DNA from: a virus
Reading direction: 5' to 3' (one strand)
Virus record (IMG/VR): IMGVR_UViG_3300032240_001872
Location: 15,750-79,749 of that record
Length of the DNA stretch: 64,000 nucleotides
Shown: piece after piece, positions 29,671 through 40,308 of the stretch
How positions within the stretch are numbered: the first letter of the stretch is position 1
Layout: each line of letters opens with the position of its first letter
Notes under the pieces: generated by a model
Seen by the model: only the letters and a program-made list of their open reading frames with translations
The model's database searches: none
Told to the model about the DNA's origin: nothing
Made by a program: the position numbers and the translations under genes

Positions 29671-30860
29671 ATACAAACATAATATTTCCCTACGCAACTA
29701 ATGATAACCAACCTACACGTAGCATAGAACAGTATACCGACTATGGCTTCATTGAAAACGGTGCAGAGTACTTGGATTTAAGTTTAGGTGCTTGCGGTTG
29801 CTTTCCGTTAGGGTTTAAACGCAACGATATTATTGAAGCTGTTACTAAGCGCATGATCAACAATCCGTTCTGTGGCGGGGAGTTTTATACTACCAATCCT
29901 GCTGTAATTGAATTGACAGATAAGATAGCTAATCTAAGCGGTGGATATAAAACTGCATTTGCCCTAAGCGGCAGTGATGCCGTAGAAGGTGCATTACGAT
30001 TAGCACAGATGTACAATAAGCGTAACAAATTCTTAGGGTTCACAAAAAGTTATCACGGCAGTACGTTCCTAAGTTCGAGCGTAAGTGATGCAACATACAT
30101 GACCAACACATTTGGTAAAGATGTTCGCTGTGTTATTAGCAACTATACACTAGACAATATCACAGATGACTTGTGTGCTGTTGTGATAGAAACTGCCAGT
30201 TGGCAAAATGGATTATATGATCCAGGACAAGATTTTTGGAAAGGTCTACGAAAGATATGTACCGATAAAGACATAGTCCTTATTGTCGATGACATCGCAA
30301 TGTGCGGTGGGAAGACTGGTACATTCTTTGGGTGGCAGGGTAGGATACAACCTGATATTTTTACAATGGGCAAGGCCTTAACTGGCGGTTACTTTCCACT
30401 GAGTGCTGTATGTGCTGATACAAAGATATTTGATCGTGTTAAGCATGATGTCTTTATACACGGCTTCAGCTATAGTTTTAGCCTAAGCGGAATCTATTCT
30501 GCATTAGAATATATGAATGTGTTAGAAAAAGAGCAACTGTTAGTTAATCAACCCAAAATAGAACTCTGGGGACAACAGATGTGTAAGAGGTTTAAAGACA
30601 GCGGCCTGATTAAAGATTACAGTAATTATGGACTGTTGTTTAACCTAGTACTGCCTAATGAAAAGCCTATGGACAGCACGTTTGAACGCTTTCTATATCA
30701 GTACGGAATAAATGCAGGAATGTGGAATGAGGGAGGCACTGGTGTGCTGTTTGTAGTTCCGCTTAATGCTCCCGCTATGTGGTTTGAAGAACTAGAATAT
30801 AGATTGAATACTGCTCTATTTGATTATAGAGCGATTGTCGCCTTCCCTAGACAAATCTAA
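29667..30860 (+). CDS. class III PLP-dependent aminotransferase
   Basis: SGSDAVEGA, SYHGST, LIVDDIAMCGGKTG, PDIFTMGKALTGG, HGFS. Confidence 0.9.
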   Translation: MNTNIIFPYATNDNQPTRSIEQYTDYGFIENGAEYLDLSLGACGCFPLGFKRNDIIEAVTKRMINNPFCGGEFYTTNPAVIELTDKIANLSGGYKTAFALSGSDAVEGALRLAQMYNKRNKFLGFTKSYHGSTFLSSSVSDATYMTNTFGKDVRCVISNYTLDNITDDLCAVVIETASWQNGLYDPGQDFWKGLRKICTDKDIVLIVDDIAMCGGKTGTFFGWQGRIQPDIFTMGKALTGGYFPLSAVCADTKIFDRVKHDVFIHGFSYSFSLSGIYSALEYMNVLEKEQLLVNQPKIELWGQQMCKRFKDSGLIKDYSNYGLLFNLVLPNEKPMDSTFERFLYQYGINAGMWNEGGTGVLFVVPLNAPAMWFEELEYRLNTALFDYRAIVAFPRQI

Positions 30861-31889
30861 TGTCATACAATGTACACCGCTTTCCCAGAATAGCCCGTGT
30901 CGCTGTTTGACTACATGCGGAGTAATTCCCCAACCTTCTAGCATTTTAAATAATCTAGGTTGAGTATTAGAAAAGATAACGTTTTGCGGATTAATGACCA
31001 GAACGTTACTGTCAAAGAATACATCCTGCGCATATCCCTTCCATTCGTTTAACCAAGTATCAATCCATTCTTTGGTAAACTTGCCGCCTGTTTTTGTATA
31101 GCTGGCAATAAACTTTTCATCATCAAATTTATCAACTAGATTTTCAAACTCTACAATTTCTTTGTTGCGCAATGGTTCAGGTACCCATGACTTGTTAGCA
31201 CAGAATACTAGATCATCGTTAGTCATAAACCAGCCATGATCAATGTGTCCCCAACTCTTTTGAAAGTTGCGTCCTGCGCTGACAATAGTGCTGGAAGGTA
31301 AATTACGGCTCATCCATTCAAGGCCTGACTCTGTACCGGGACCTTCTGTGTTGGTAATCAACTTATCTCCACATTTAAACATAGTAGCAGTATGCCAAAG
31401 TATACGATTGCCTAATGTATGATGATATATTTCCTTGCCGTCTGCCCACCATTTGTCTTTTTGCAATGCTTTTAGTACAGGTGGCGGTTGGCTAATCCAA
31501 TTATACCCTTCATCAAACTTTTGTTTGAATATGTGATTGTAATTAATACTATCTAAGTATCTATCCGGCATGCTGGTATATGTTTGGTAGATTGTTTTTC
31601 CATATGCAAGATATTGATCGCGTGGAACCACCGGAGCAGTTGGATTTAGTATCTTAAAGTATCCTAGATCAACATATGATTTATATTCAGGAACTTTTGG
31701 TCTATGCACTTTGATTTTAAATGCAGTCAAGTAGTCTGCAAGATTCTGCAGGTCCTCCTTAGTTTCCTCTAATATCTTATTAAACTGTAGTTCTGCACCT
31801 TTGGGTAGTACACTATCTAATGTACCAGGGGCATAGCAGTCACCGACAATAACTTCTTGTAAGGGATCCCAATTTGTGTAAATGCTCAT
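30816..31889 (-). CDS. amidinotransferase (glycine/inosamine-phosphate amidinotransferase family)
   Basis: NWDPLQEVIVG, PRD, GHIDH, SNVLVI, GVHCMTLD. Confidence 0.88.
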   Translation of the reverse strand: MSIYTNWDPLQEVIVGDCYAPGTLDSVLPKGAELQFNKILEETKEDLQNLADYLTAFKIKVHRPKVPEYKSYVDLGYFKILNPTAPVVPRDQYLAYGKTIYQTYTSMPDRYLDSINYNHIFKQKFDEGYNWISQPPPVLKALQKDKWWADGKEIYHHTLGNRILWHTATMFKCGDKLITNTEGPGTESGLEWMSRNLPSSTIVSAGRNFQKSWGHIDHGWFMTNDDLVFCANKSWVPEPLRNKEIVEFENLVDKFDDEKFIASYTKTGGKFTKEWIDTWLNEWKGYAQDVFFDSNVLVINPQNVIFSNTQPRLFKMLEGWGITPHVVKQRHGLFWESGVHCMTLDLSREGDNRSIIK

Positions 31890-32308
31890 GTGTTTAATAT
31901 TTCCTGTAAGTAGTCAGCATCCCAAAAACTATAGTAGGATGTGTTAGCTAATTTAGTTCTAGCTGTTTCTAAGGTATCGCGCCACTGACACAGTATTATG
32001 TTATACTTGCCGTTGTTAGTTTGTACACCATTTATAAAAGTATCCCTGTCCTTATGGTCAGGAAGGAATACCATTTCTGGATACATGTTATTGTATTCTG
32101 TTGCAATATCTGTAAGTTCATCAATCGAATAATGATCTGGTAATTTGTAAATGATAAGATCAAAGTCCCAGGGTGGAGGACTAATATCGGATCCGTTAGT
32201 TTCAATAACTTCGTATTGTGTTCCCTTAGCGTAAGGACACACTGGCATATTATTAAGTTGCTGTTGAGGTGTTGATATATGATCAACCCATTGTTTTAAA
32301 TTATCCAT
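31886..32308 (-). CDS. hypothetical protein (DUF1415-like CPYA motif)
   Basis: N-terminal PVCPYAK, FLPDH. Confidence 0.5.
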   Translation of the reverse strand: MDNLKQWVDHISTPQQQLNNMPVCPYAKGTQYEVIETNGSDISPPPWDFDLIIYKLPDHYSIDELTDIATEYNNMYPEMVFLPDHKDRDTFINGVQTNNGKYNIILCQWRDTLETARTKLANTSYYSFWDADYLQEILNT

Positions 32309-32912
32309 TTGATATCGTTAACGATGATATGAAGTTACGACTGTTTGCATGAGTTAATACATTTGCAATGGATTCTACTACGTCGTTCACTTCTAATATT
32401 GTTCCTTTGTTTTCTAAAGTTTGATAAAACTCTGCCATCCCTTGATCAAATGGAAACCCGCTAATAAAATCTGTATTAACAATTCCAGGCATAGCTGTAA
32501 TACATCTAGCTTTTGATTCGCTAAGATTAATAGTATTACCTACATTGTTCAGCAACATTTTGTTTATTCCGTACTCTACTATTTTTTTATTTTTTATATT
32601 CAACTTATGCACTACATTTTCGCTACTGCCTAATGAACTCATATTAAGAATATAATGTTCTTTTTCATAATGAGCATTATGCCATTGTAAAGCAATATAA
32701 GCCTGTTGCTCATCGTAATAGGCATTATTAATGAATAAATCACAGTCTATCGTCTTCTCTATAATTTCTAAGATGTCATCATTGCAACTGATATCGTAAC
32801 CATTAGATTTACTAAATCCCTGTACTATACACCCCTTACTTACAAAGTAATTGTATAAGCCTTTACCTATTCCAGCAGTATGCCCTGTAATAGCAACTGA
32901 TTTAAATTCCAT
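32301..32912 (-). CDS. short-chain dehydrogenase/reductase
   Basis: Start reassigned to MEFKS; AITGHTAGIG, FINNA, YGINK; paralog of 28363-28974. Confidence 0.8.
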   Translation of the reverse strand: MEFKSVAITGHTAGIGKGLYNYFVSKGCIVQGFSKSNGYDISCNDDILEIIEKTIDCDLFINNAYYDEQQAYIALQWHNAHYEKEHYILNMSSLGSSENVVHKLNIKNKKIVEYGINKMLLNNVGNTINLSESKARCITAMPGIVNTDFISGFPFDQGMAEFYQTLENKGTILEVNDVVESIANVLTHANSRNFISSLTISNG

Positions 32913-34233
32913 TCCAGTCTCCATTTGTATGCCATGTAGGCCTTTGTAATTTATCTGATACATTGCCCACCATGATCAGTGTAGCATCTGGTACGTATTT
33001 TTTTAATTTGTCTAGTAACAAACGTTCATTATATATCCTGTGCTTCAACGGAACAAATGGGGCGACTGGGTCATAATTAAAAATATGACTAAGGTGTATA
33101 ATTGTACTAGGTACATTGTCTACCCACGTGCTCACAGGCAACGCTGTGTTAAGCACAAGATCCTGGTGATGAAACTCAAACTTAACTTTATGTATCATAT
33201 CATTCCACATGCGAGGATCAACCGTTTGATCTCCTCCTGTCATAGTAATCATGTGTTCACCGCCTGAGCTTAAAATGCTCTTTCGACTGGCAATATAATC
33301 TTTAACAAAAGTTATATAGTCGTAGTTAGGATTCCAATTTGTAACTATATGTTGCATACATTCAAGTGCAAATAAGTTATAGTCAACAAACTTGACTGTA
33401 GTATTTTCATCGTATCCATAGTAGAGCAAATACTCATACCACTGTAGTCCACTTGATTGAATTACCAACTGTTGTATAGGACCTTTGAAATCTACAGCAA
33501 CAAACTCTTCTGTGTTGTAGGGATAAAACAATGCCTGACTTGCAACGCTGTACTTTCCATATAGGTACGAGCTCTTAGGAATAAAAGCAGGTTCGTAGTT
33601 AGGATAGTAATACATCTTGTTGTTTCTAAACCGTTCTGGAAATGGTCTAACATGTTTGTTGTTAGCAAATGCCACACTTAGAATGTTCCATCCGTGCCAC
33701 TTATGTTTATACTGTTTAGGAGTATCGCCACCTGTCACCCAAATAGGTGTATAATCATCGTGTATATTTTCTTCACTGCGGCGTGGCTCTATTTGTGTAT
33801 GTAGGGAATAATAAGCAAACTCTCCAACTTCTGGACAGCCTAAATCTTTATAAATGTCTAGGTTAATAATGTAGCATTGTTCATGTAGTTCATAGTAACC
33901 ATCGTCTCTGTCTGGAATGTGCCCATAGATAAAAATGTTTCTATCACTATATACTTCGTCCTCTACATAGTTAAAGAACTCGTCACCGTTAATAAATTCT
34001 GTGCCTGTACTTAGTACAACTGCATGACTATAGTCTTTGGCGGCTTCCCTGAGCATAGCATCTTCGTCTAAGCCTTGTATAACATTGAATCCGCTATCAA
34101 TAATTTTGCTCAAAACAAAGTCGCTGAGATTCTTCATCAACTCAGCAGTCCATGCGGTTTGGCAGGTGTGTATTCTATCCAAGAAGATAAAGACAATATC
34201 TTCTGATCCTGCCGGCGTATTAAATTTGACCAT
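32902..34233 (-). CDS. hypothetical protein (possible GT-like N-terminal half)
   Basis: 443-aa ORF; YYELHEQC, HDDYTP motifs; no confident family. Confidence 0.6.
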   Translation of the reverse strand: MVKFNTPAGSEDIVFIFLDRIHTCQTAWTAELMKNLSDFVLSKIIDSGFNVIQGLDEDAMLREAAKDYSHAVVLSTGTEFINGDEFFNYVEDEVYSDRNIFIYGHIPDRDDGYYELHEQCYIINLDIYKDLGCPEVGEFAYYSLHTQIEPRRSEENIHDDYTPIWVTGGDTPKQYKHKWHGWNILSVAFANNKHVRPFPERFRNNKMYYYPNYEPAFIPKSSYLYGKYSVASQALFYPYNTEEFVAVDFKGPIQQLVIQSSGLQWYEYLLYYGYDENTTVKFVDYNLFALECMQHIVTNWNPNYDYITFVKDYIASRKSILSSGGEHMITMTGGDQTVDPRMWNDMIHKVKFEFHHQDLVLNTALPVSTWVDNVPSTIIHLSHIFNYDPVAPFVPLKHRIYNERLLLDKLKKYVPDATLIMVGNVSDKLQRPTWHTNGDWNGI

Positions 34234-34873
34234 ATTGTTTATTATAACATCTTACGAACATTTCGCAAAACTCTTTCTTACGATTACCTAAAATAATATT
34301 AGCAATCATATGTACTCTGGACTTACTACTGCGATTAAACACAGCATGATTTTTGCTTATGTTAATCATAAAGATTTTACCTTCTTTCCAAGGAACAACA
34401 CCGTGTCCTTCTATTTCCATTTCACAGTTTATCGGATGGGTGATAGCCAAGTTGATAGGCAGTACAGCATCTAACGGTTCAATACCAGGGGGCAAGTTGC
34501 CGTCATTGTGCCAATCGATGTAGCCGCCGGGTCCAATCTTCATAAAGCGGATACGGCTGTATCTTTCAGCAGGAAATTGATTTTTCCAAAAGTCTGTTAT
34601 AGCAGGAGTCTTATATGCTAGGTCAGTGTATTGATAAGGTGCATTATATTCGTCATAGCCGTAGTTGTCCGCAGTATATGTTTTATCTACGCCCAACCCG
34701 TGCAAACAACAGCTAGACCATTGACTACTATCGCTTTGTCTATATTCGTTAAAGTAGGGCTCGATTTCTAGTATCTGCTGTTTCCACACATCGACTGGAA
34801 AATCTAGATCAAGTTCAAGCCACGGAATATAGGTTGTGTTTAAGATCTTACGTGCTTGTTCTATAATATCCAT
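34220..34873 (-). CDS. AspH-like 2OG-Fe(II) oxygenase
   Basis: RFMKIGPGGYIDWHND, NLAITHP, NHAVFN, RVHMI. Confidence 0.78.
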   Translation of the reverse strand: MDIIEQARKILNTTYIPWLELDLDFPVDVWKQQILEIEPYFNEYRQSDSSQWSSCCLHGLGVDKTYTADNYGYDEYNAPYQYTDLAYKTPAITDFWKNQFPAERYSRIRFMKIGPGGYIDWHNDGNLPPGIEPLDAVLPINLAITHPINCEMEIEGHGVVPWKEGKIFMINISKNHAVFNRSSKSRVHMIANIILGNRKKEFCEMFVRCYNKQYGQI

Positions 34874-35430
34874 TGTTTAAATATTTCCTTTGCTTGTTCC
34901 ATCGTAAGTCCTGCCTCTGGTGCAGATTTAATACTAATATCACAACTTAGAACCCACCTAGGTTCAAACATACTATTATGTATGTTGTGCGGAATTCCTG
35001 TTTGAACAATACTAGGCCATTTTATGGATTGGCTGTGTAAATGTTCCACTTGTGAAGGATGATATTGTACATATGGCGTTCCTGCTTGTGTTTTTGTATT
35101 TTCAAAAGGTTCTTGTCTATCTTTAACAACATACCAATGCATTAAACTTCCTGCGCCAGCCACACACCAATTCATACATGCGCGATCCGATAGCTCTCCG
35201 TAGCCATCAATATGTATGCCACATTGTTTTCCCTTAGGGGTATAAAATATTAAAGGAGGATAAGTCATAACTAACCCTAAACTGTCTAACCACTCAGTAA
35301 ATTCAATTGAAACATTGTTGTGGTCAGCGAACCATATTTCAGCCGTATCTCCTGTCTGATTTAATATACTAGGATCTTTTAACGGATGAGCAACAGGGAT
35401 AGATAAGTCAACACAATAATTACTTTTCAT
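34861..35430 (-). CDS. 2OG-Fe(II) oxygenase-like protein
   Basis: Start MKSNY; IHIDG, IPHNIHN, RWVLS. Confidence 0.65.
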   Translation of the reverse strand: MKSNYCVDLSIPVAHPLKDPSILNQTGDTAEIWFADHNNVSIEFTEWLDSLGLVMTYPPLIFYTPKGKQCGIHIDGYGELSDRACMNWCVAGAGSLMHWYVVKDRQEPFENTKTQAGTPYVQYHPSQVEHLHSQSIKWPSIVQTGIPHNIHNSMFEPRWVLSCDISIKSAPEAGLTMEQAKEIFKQWIL

Positions 35431-35983
35431 TTGGCCATCCAAAAAAGTTAAACATATATTTTGTTTTAACACCCATGTTTAATCCACCATGCCAGTCTTG
35501 CCAGCTGTCCCATTTATATGCATCTCCTTGTGCCGCATTGTAGATTGCATGTCCATCTATGATTGATACTTGCCCAAAACTAGGTTCACAAATATAAACT
35601 GTATAATGCTCCGGTACACCAATTTCTAACCACTTACGTTCTTGTTCTGGCGTTTTATAATCTGGATGCCACGGGACAAGATGGCCAGGCGGAACCGAGC
35701 TTACCCAACAGCCTGCTGGCTTGACCTTTAGATATTCGGCAAACTTATCAACCCATTCTTGAGGAAAGTGCTCGCCTGGCAGAAAGTCTACCCATTGCAC
35801 ACTAGGACTATCTACGTATCCTGCCTTACCCCAAATCTTTATTAGTGATTCTACTTTTGGATTATTAACGTGTATATTATCTGTTTGATCAGAACCCCTA
35901 TGTCTTGGCGGTACTGATTCTAGTATGGAAATAAGTTTTGACCATTCCATATGATTGTTTGTATTACCAATAAATGTGGCCAT
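35420..35983 (-). CDS. 2OG-Fe(II) oxygenase-like protein
   Basis: PPGHLVPWHPD, WHGGLN; paralog of the next gene. Confidence 0.7.
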   Translation of the reverse strand: MATFIGNTNNHMEWSKLISILESVPPRHRGSDQTDNIHVNNPKVESLIKIWGKAGYVDSPSVQWVDFLPGEHFPQEWVDKFAEYLKVKPAGCWVSSVPPGHLVPWHPDYKTPEQERKWLEIGVPEHYTVYICEPSFGQVSIIDGHAIYNAAQGDAYKWDSWQDWHGGLNMGVKTKYMFNFFGWPNEK

Positions 35984-36525
35984 TACTTTATTCCTAAAAA
36001 GTTAAACAAAAATTTGTCGTGCAATCCACAATTACCGCCTGCATGCCAAGCCATATAATCGTCCCATTGATAGGTGTTACCCGATGCTTCGCAATGAAAA
36101 CATTGATCGTCTACGATAAAGACACCACCGGGATGAGGCTGGCTAATGAATGTGCCAAATCTAATTAATTCTCCTTGAGACAGATATGTTTCTATTTGAT
36201 CGTCTATATCTTTATGTATTGGTGCATATTTGCCAGGACGAATCCTACTAATCCATGCTCTTGCGCATCTCGTATTAGTAAACTTTTCAAATTCTTTGAT
36301 TGGTAGATCATCAAAATGCTTTCCGGGGTAGTAATTAATCCATTCAACTGTGTCTACTTTGTTGTATCCAGCAGTTTCCCACAGATCAATTATTTCATTA
36401 AATCTACCATCTGTATTTTTATAGAAAGCCTGTTTATTATCTCTAACATCGCCTTCCTGTATCAGCAATGTTTCAATAATACTATCCCATTTGCCAGCAA
36501 AAAAATTACCTATAAATTTAGCCAT
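35983..36525 (-). CDS. 2OG-Fe(II) oxygenase-like protein
   Basis: Start MAKFIG; RPGKYAPIHKD, WHAGGN. Confidence 0.7.
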   Translation of the reverse strand: MAKFIGNFFAGKWDSIIETLLIQEGDVRDNKQAFYKNTDGRFNEIIDLWETAGYNKVDTVEWINYYPGKHFDDLPIKEFEKFTNTRCARAWISRIRPGKYAPIHKDIDDQIETYLSQGELIRFGTFISQPHPGGVFIVDDQCFHCEASGNTYQWDDYMAWHAGGNCGLHDKFLFNFLGIK

Positions 36526-37177
36526 GCTGATCCTCAATCACGTATTCTTTAAATTTTTCTACACTTCGTTCTATTAGTTGTCTATGTTTATCATTATCTA
36601 ATATACCAATACAGACCAATATAAGTCTTCCATCTAACACAACGTCAGCACCGTGATATACGTCTCTATTGTTAAAAGAATATACAGGGTAGTCTTTAAG
36701 TATAGTGGGATATATTTTTTTACTATTGTAATCTTTAGCAAGATAGAAAGAATCTTGTCCGTAGTGTGGAGACAATAATACATTGTACCTCTCAGGGCTA
36801 ATCGCAGATTCGGAATAAACTCTATCTCTGTGTGTAGGTAATAATTCAGTATGCATGTTTAGTGCCGCACCTACTATTTGTTGATAAGGTAGCAATTTTA
36901 ATAGATCTACTAATTCTGGAAACTGTTCTAGAACTCCAGGGGCATAGTATAAAGTGTTGTCCTCTCTTAATTCAAAATCAGCATTGGTATCTGGTTTGAA
37001 TACATCTGTAGCATCTTTCCAGTTGCTTATCGGATTACGAGACACAATGGCACACATTTGAGATGTATAGCCCGTTGTTTGGTATAGGTTAGGCATATAA
37101 TTGCTATTAAAATAGTCTACTAACTTTTGGTAATCGGGTAACTTAACAGTAATATCTACAGGTGTATAGATTATCAT
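36518..37177 (-). CDS. 2OG-Fe(II) oxygenase-like protein
   Basis: PTHRD, FNN..VYHGAD. Confidence 0.6.
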   Translation of the reverse strand: MIIYTPVDITVKLPDYQKLVDYFNSNYMPNLYQTTGYTSQMCAIVSRNPISNWKDATDVFKPDTNADFELREDNTLYYAPGVLEQFPELVDLLKLLPYQQIVGAALNMHTELLPTHRDRVYSESAISPERYNVLLSPHYGQDSFYLAKDYNSKKIYPTILKDYPVYSFNNRDVYHGADVVLDGRLILVCIGILDNDKHRQLIERSVEKFKEYVIEDQHG

Positions 37178-37833
37178 ACTATTACAAATCCTTCGGGCAA
37201 CACAGTTTTAAGAACATCAATAATAGCAGGATATATCTTAAATTTAACTCCGGTTGGTGTCGTACTAAAATCACTAATCATTCGCATCTTATTAACATTG
37301 TTAAGCCAAGGGCTTAAGACTGCATCAAATTTATGTCTAACATGATCACCTGTTGCCTGTATTTCAATAGATACTAATGCATCATTAATTACTTTAGTTA
37401 GCAGTTGACGTACTACTAACTGTATACGATCTCCACGACCAAAGTTTGCGGCAGTATGTTTCTTTCCAGCGTTCATTAGATACCAATAGCCGTCTGCTAT
37501 TAGTAGATTCATTTGCTCGGTGTCTAGATCGATGAGATAGCTGTCATTGCCTGCAATGTTTAAATGATATCGATCATCTATATCTGCATGGCTTTGATAA
37601 CAGGTACCTTCTTTTAATATAATGATACGTGCTTCGCCAATATCAAAGTCAAATCCTGATAACAACTTCTCCCATACTGTATTCTTATATTCTTCTTTAA
37701 TGGTCCAAGGATCGTAAAAGAAACTTCCAGTTGGCTCGTTAATAGTCAAACGAAATTCATCAGACGGTAAGTTATTAACTGCATCTGCAAGTAATTCCTT
37801 ATTAATCTTAATGTCTGTTTTCTTCAGCATCAA
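37174..37833 (-). CDS. AspH-like 2OG-Fe(II) oxygenase
   Basis: YQSHADIDDRYHL, KHTAANFG, RIQLVVR. Confidence 0.72.
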   Translation of the reverse strand: MMLKKTDIKINKELLADAVNNLPSDEFRLTINEPTGSFFYDPWTIKEEYKNTVWEKLLSGFDFDIGEARIIILKEGTCYQSHADIDDRYHLNIAGNDSYLIDLDTEQMNLLIADGYWYLMNAGKKHTAANFGRGDRIQLVVRQLLTKVINDALVSIEIQATGDHVRHKFDAVLSPWLNNVNKMRMISDFSTTPTGVKFKIYPAIIDVLKTVLPEGFVIV

Positions 37834-38899
37834 ACACTCCTGTATCTACAATAGTACTTAACGTAGATATTAATTGTTTACGATCTACACTTTTTGGAGC
37901 GCATAGTCCGCAAGCACAAAACGTATTAGGACATACAATAATAGGCATTGTATTATTAACTAGGTTATTTCTTAGCGTATCGAGTATAGCACTACTATTA
38001 CTAATTGATCCAATAGGACCAGTAGTACCATCAAATCGTGCTTGGCAAGTCTGATGATGATACACGCTGTCTGTTTGTTGTTCAATATGCAAGAAGTACC
38101 AATTAACTGAGCAATGCCAGTCTTTAAACTTTCTATAGGTCAAGAACTTGACTTCCTGTGTGTCAGTGTCGTTGCTAATTTTCATACTTCTTCCGCCACA
38201 ACACGGCCGACCAATCTCTGCACCAAAACCAGATGAACTGTTTGAATCCACATTCCAATAACTATTGAACCATTTAAGTTGGTCCTGTGTGTATCGGTGC
38301 CCGTATGTTTCTCCTCCTGGGTTCTCTCCAATCATTCTAGGAATATACTGTATTCCTTGTTGTTTAAGAATATTACATACATCAACACACTCATCAAAAT
38401 GTTGTGCATGGAACATGACATTAACTTTAACTGATGTATTACTGTGCAACTGACGCACACGTTCTAATACACGCTTCTTAAGTTTAGCATCTGCTTCTGC
38501 ATGATAACTCACTGTTACATAACTAAAGGTATTTCCTACGGCCTCTGCAACACGCTTGCCCATTGCACCATTTGTAGTTAATGCTAGATGTAGGTCTACG
38601 CCAGGTAGCTGTTTACTGTTTAGATGATTAACTAACTGTAGAAATTTAGGATTAACAGTTGGCTCTCCTCCTGTTAGACTAATATGAAAGTCTTTGTTAG
38701 TTCTGTATTCTGCAATAGTACTAATATAGTCAAATATAAAATCAGCAGTTGTAGTCAATTGATCTAGTGTAGCATGTTTGCTAAAGTTGTCATGATGTAT
38801 CGGCGCACAATATGTACAGTCGTAGTTACATCTTCTACCTAAGTCCCAGGTTATCATAAAAGGATCCGAACTGGTGGTAGTTAAACAATTAAATTTCAT
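37808..38899 (-). CDS. radical SAM protein
   Basis: WDLGRRCNYDCTYC, TGGEPT, TTNG, C-terminal CPNTFCACGLC. Confidence 0.9.
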   Translation of the reverse strand: MKFNCLTTTSSDPFMITWDLGRRCNYDCTYCAPIHHDNFSKHATLDQLTTTADFIFDYISTIAEYRTNKDFHISLTGGEPTVNPKFLQLVNHLNSKQLPGVDLHLALTTNGAMGKRVAEAVGNTFSYVTVSYHAEADAKLKKRVLERVRQLHSNTSVKVNVMFHAQHFDECVDVCNILKQQGIQYIPRMIGENPGGETYGHRYTQDQLKWFNSYWNVDSNSSSGFGAEIGRPCCGGRSMKISNDTDTQEVKFLTYRKFKDWHCSVNWYFLHIEQQTDSVYHHQTCQARFDGTTGPIGSISNSSAILDTLRNNLVNNTMPIIVCPNTFCACGLCAPKSVDRKQLISTLSTIVDTGVFDAEENRH

Positions 38900-40308
38900 A
38901 ATAGATGTGCAAGCTCTGGAAATATTTCTTTAGCATTAGTATTTCTATGAATATCAAGTTTTTCTACATATTCTTTAAATGCAGGCAACAAATGACTTTT
39001 ATCATTGGATAGCATAAACTTTAGAAATGCTTCATACCTAGGCCATGCATAGGGATTGTTCTTCCAGAAGTCATCATCTTGTGTATAGTTGTCCCATAGC
39101 CATTGCTTGAGTTCTGCAAATTTTTCTACTATTTCTTGTTTGTCTGCGGCTGGCAATACCTGTACGTTTAGCCATGTAGGAATGTGTACAACGTGCATAT
39201 TAAAGATGCCACCACCGTAAAGCATACCTTCTGGGTTAAGGTCTAGGTTAATCCGTTTAAAGCCGCTGGTCACTTTCCATTTTACAAAGTCGGGCAAGTG
39301 CTTAACGTTCAGTATCTGTATTGCAGGTACGATAGATGTTTCAATGTTATCAGGTGCATTATCTAGCATGGTTAGATTTTCCATTACATTGCTCCATTCA
39401 CTAGGGTATCTAATGTACCAATTGCGTAGTTCCATTCCGTCTAAACTAAACCCAATTCTTACCTTTTTAAATTTGCTCCATAGGTCTACCATACGCTTAC
39501 TGATCAGCAATCCGTTGGTATTGTAACGTATCATAATCTTGTCGGCATAACCTTGTCGTATAATTTCTTCTAAGAATAGTGCATGCTCTTTAATGATCAA
39601 CGGCTCTCCACCCGCAAAGTATACTTGCTTTAGGTTAGGAATCTGTGCATACATCTCTTTCCAGAAGTCTGGATTCTCGTGCCACGAGTTATTGAATGAT
39701 GCTTTGTCCCAAGACATAAAACGTTTTAGTTCAGTTGCTTGATATGTTGGATATACCTTAGCATGTTCGTCTACCCATTTACTGCTGTCGTGCGGACTAC
39801 ACATCACACATTTCAATTGGCATGTATGTCCCAGTCGTAAGTCTAAGTAAACCAGCTTCTCAGGAACTGTACCATCTTCTGCTGTGTTTGCAATTAGCTC
39901 TGGAATATCTACATCACTCTGTGACCAGAATAACGATTCCCAAAGACGCTTACTGCTTATGCCACTGCTTTCTTCTGTAAAGCATCTATTACAGCTTGCT
40001 GGTATCTTACCTTCCATCATGGTCAATCTTACATCTTTCATGTACTCGTTGTTCCATGCGCTCATAGGTGTTTCACGGCCAAAGTTTGCAGGCTCGCCTT
40101 TTTCATTCTTAACTAAACCAACTGTATGATCTACTCCAGGGGCACTGGCATTAGAACTACAGCATAAACGCATATCACCATTAGGGCGTGTAGCAAAGTG
40201 TATCCACGGCAACGCACAAAAAGTAGGCGATCCAGATATCTCTGTTAGAGTCTTTTGCCATTTACCGACTTGTGTATCCTCTGATTGTATCCAAAATTGT
40301 TTGTTCAT
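38896..40308 (-). CDS. twitch-domain radical SAM protein
   Basis: Start MNKQFW; N-terminal FCALPW..RLCC..CNRC; CQLKCVMC; AGGEP; YNTNG. Confidence 0.9.
   Translation of the reverse strand: MNKQFWIQSEDTQVGKWQKTLTEISGSPTFCALPWIHFATRPNGDMRLCCSSNASAPGVDHTVGLVKNEKGEPANFGRETPMSAWNNEYMKDVRLTMMEGKIPASCNRCFTEESSGISSKRLWESLFWSQSDVDIPELIANTAEDGTVPEKLVYLDLRLGHTCQLKCVMCSPHDSSKWVDEHAKVYPTYQATELKRFMSWDKASFNNSWHENPDFWKEMYAQIPNLKQVYFAGGEPLIIKEHALFLEEIIRQGYADKIMIRYNTNGLLISKRMVDLWSKFKKVRIGFSLDGMELRNWYIRYPSEWSNVMENLTMLDNAPDNIETSIVPAIQILNVKHLPDFVKWKVTSGFKRINLDLNPEGMLYGGGIFNMHVVHIPTWLNVQVLPAADKQEIVEKFAELKQWLWDNYTQDDDFWKNNPYAWPRYEAFLKFMLSNDKSHLLPAFKEYVEKLDIHRNTNAKEIFPELAHLL

Noticed and set aside
11438-32912. Saxitoxin- or aminoglycoside-type toxin cluster
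   Set aside because: Shares enzyme families only; no SxtA-like PKS, cyclitol synthase, transporter or resistance gene
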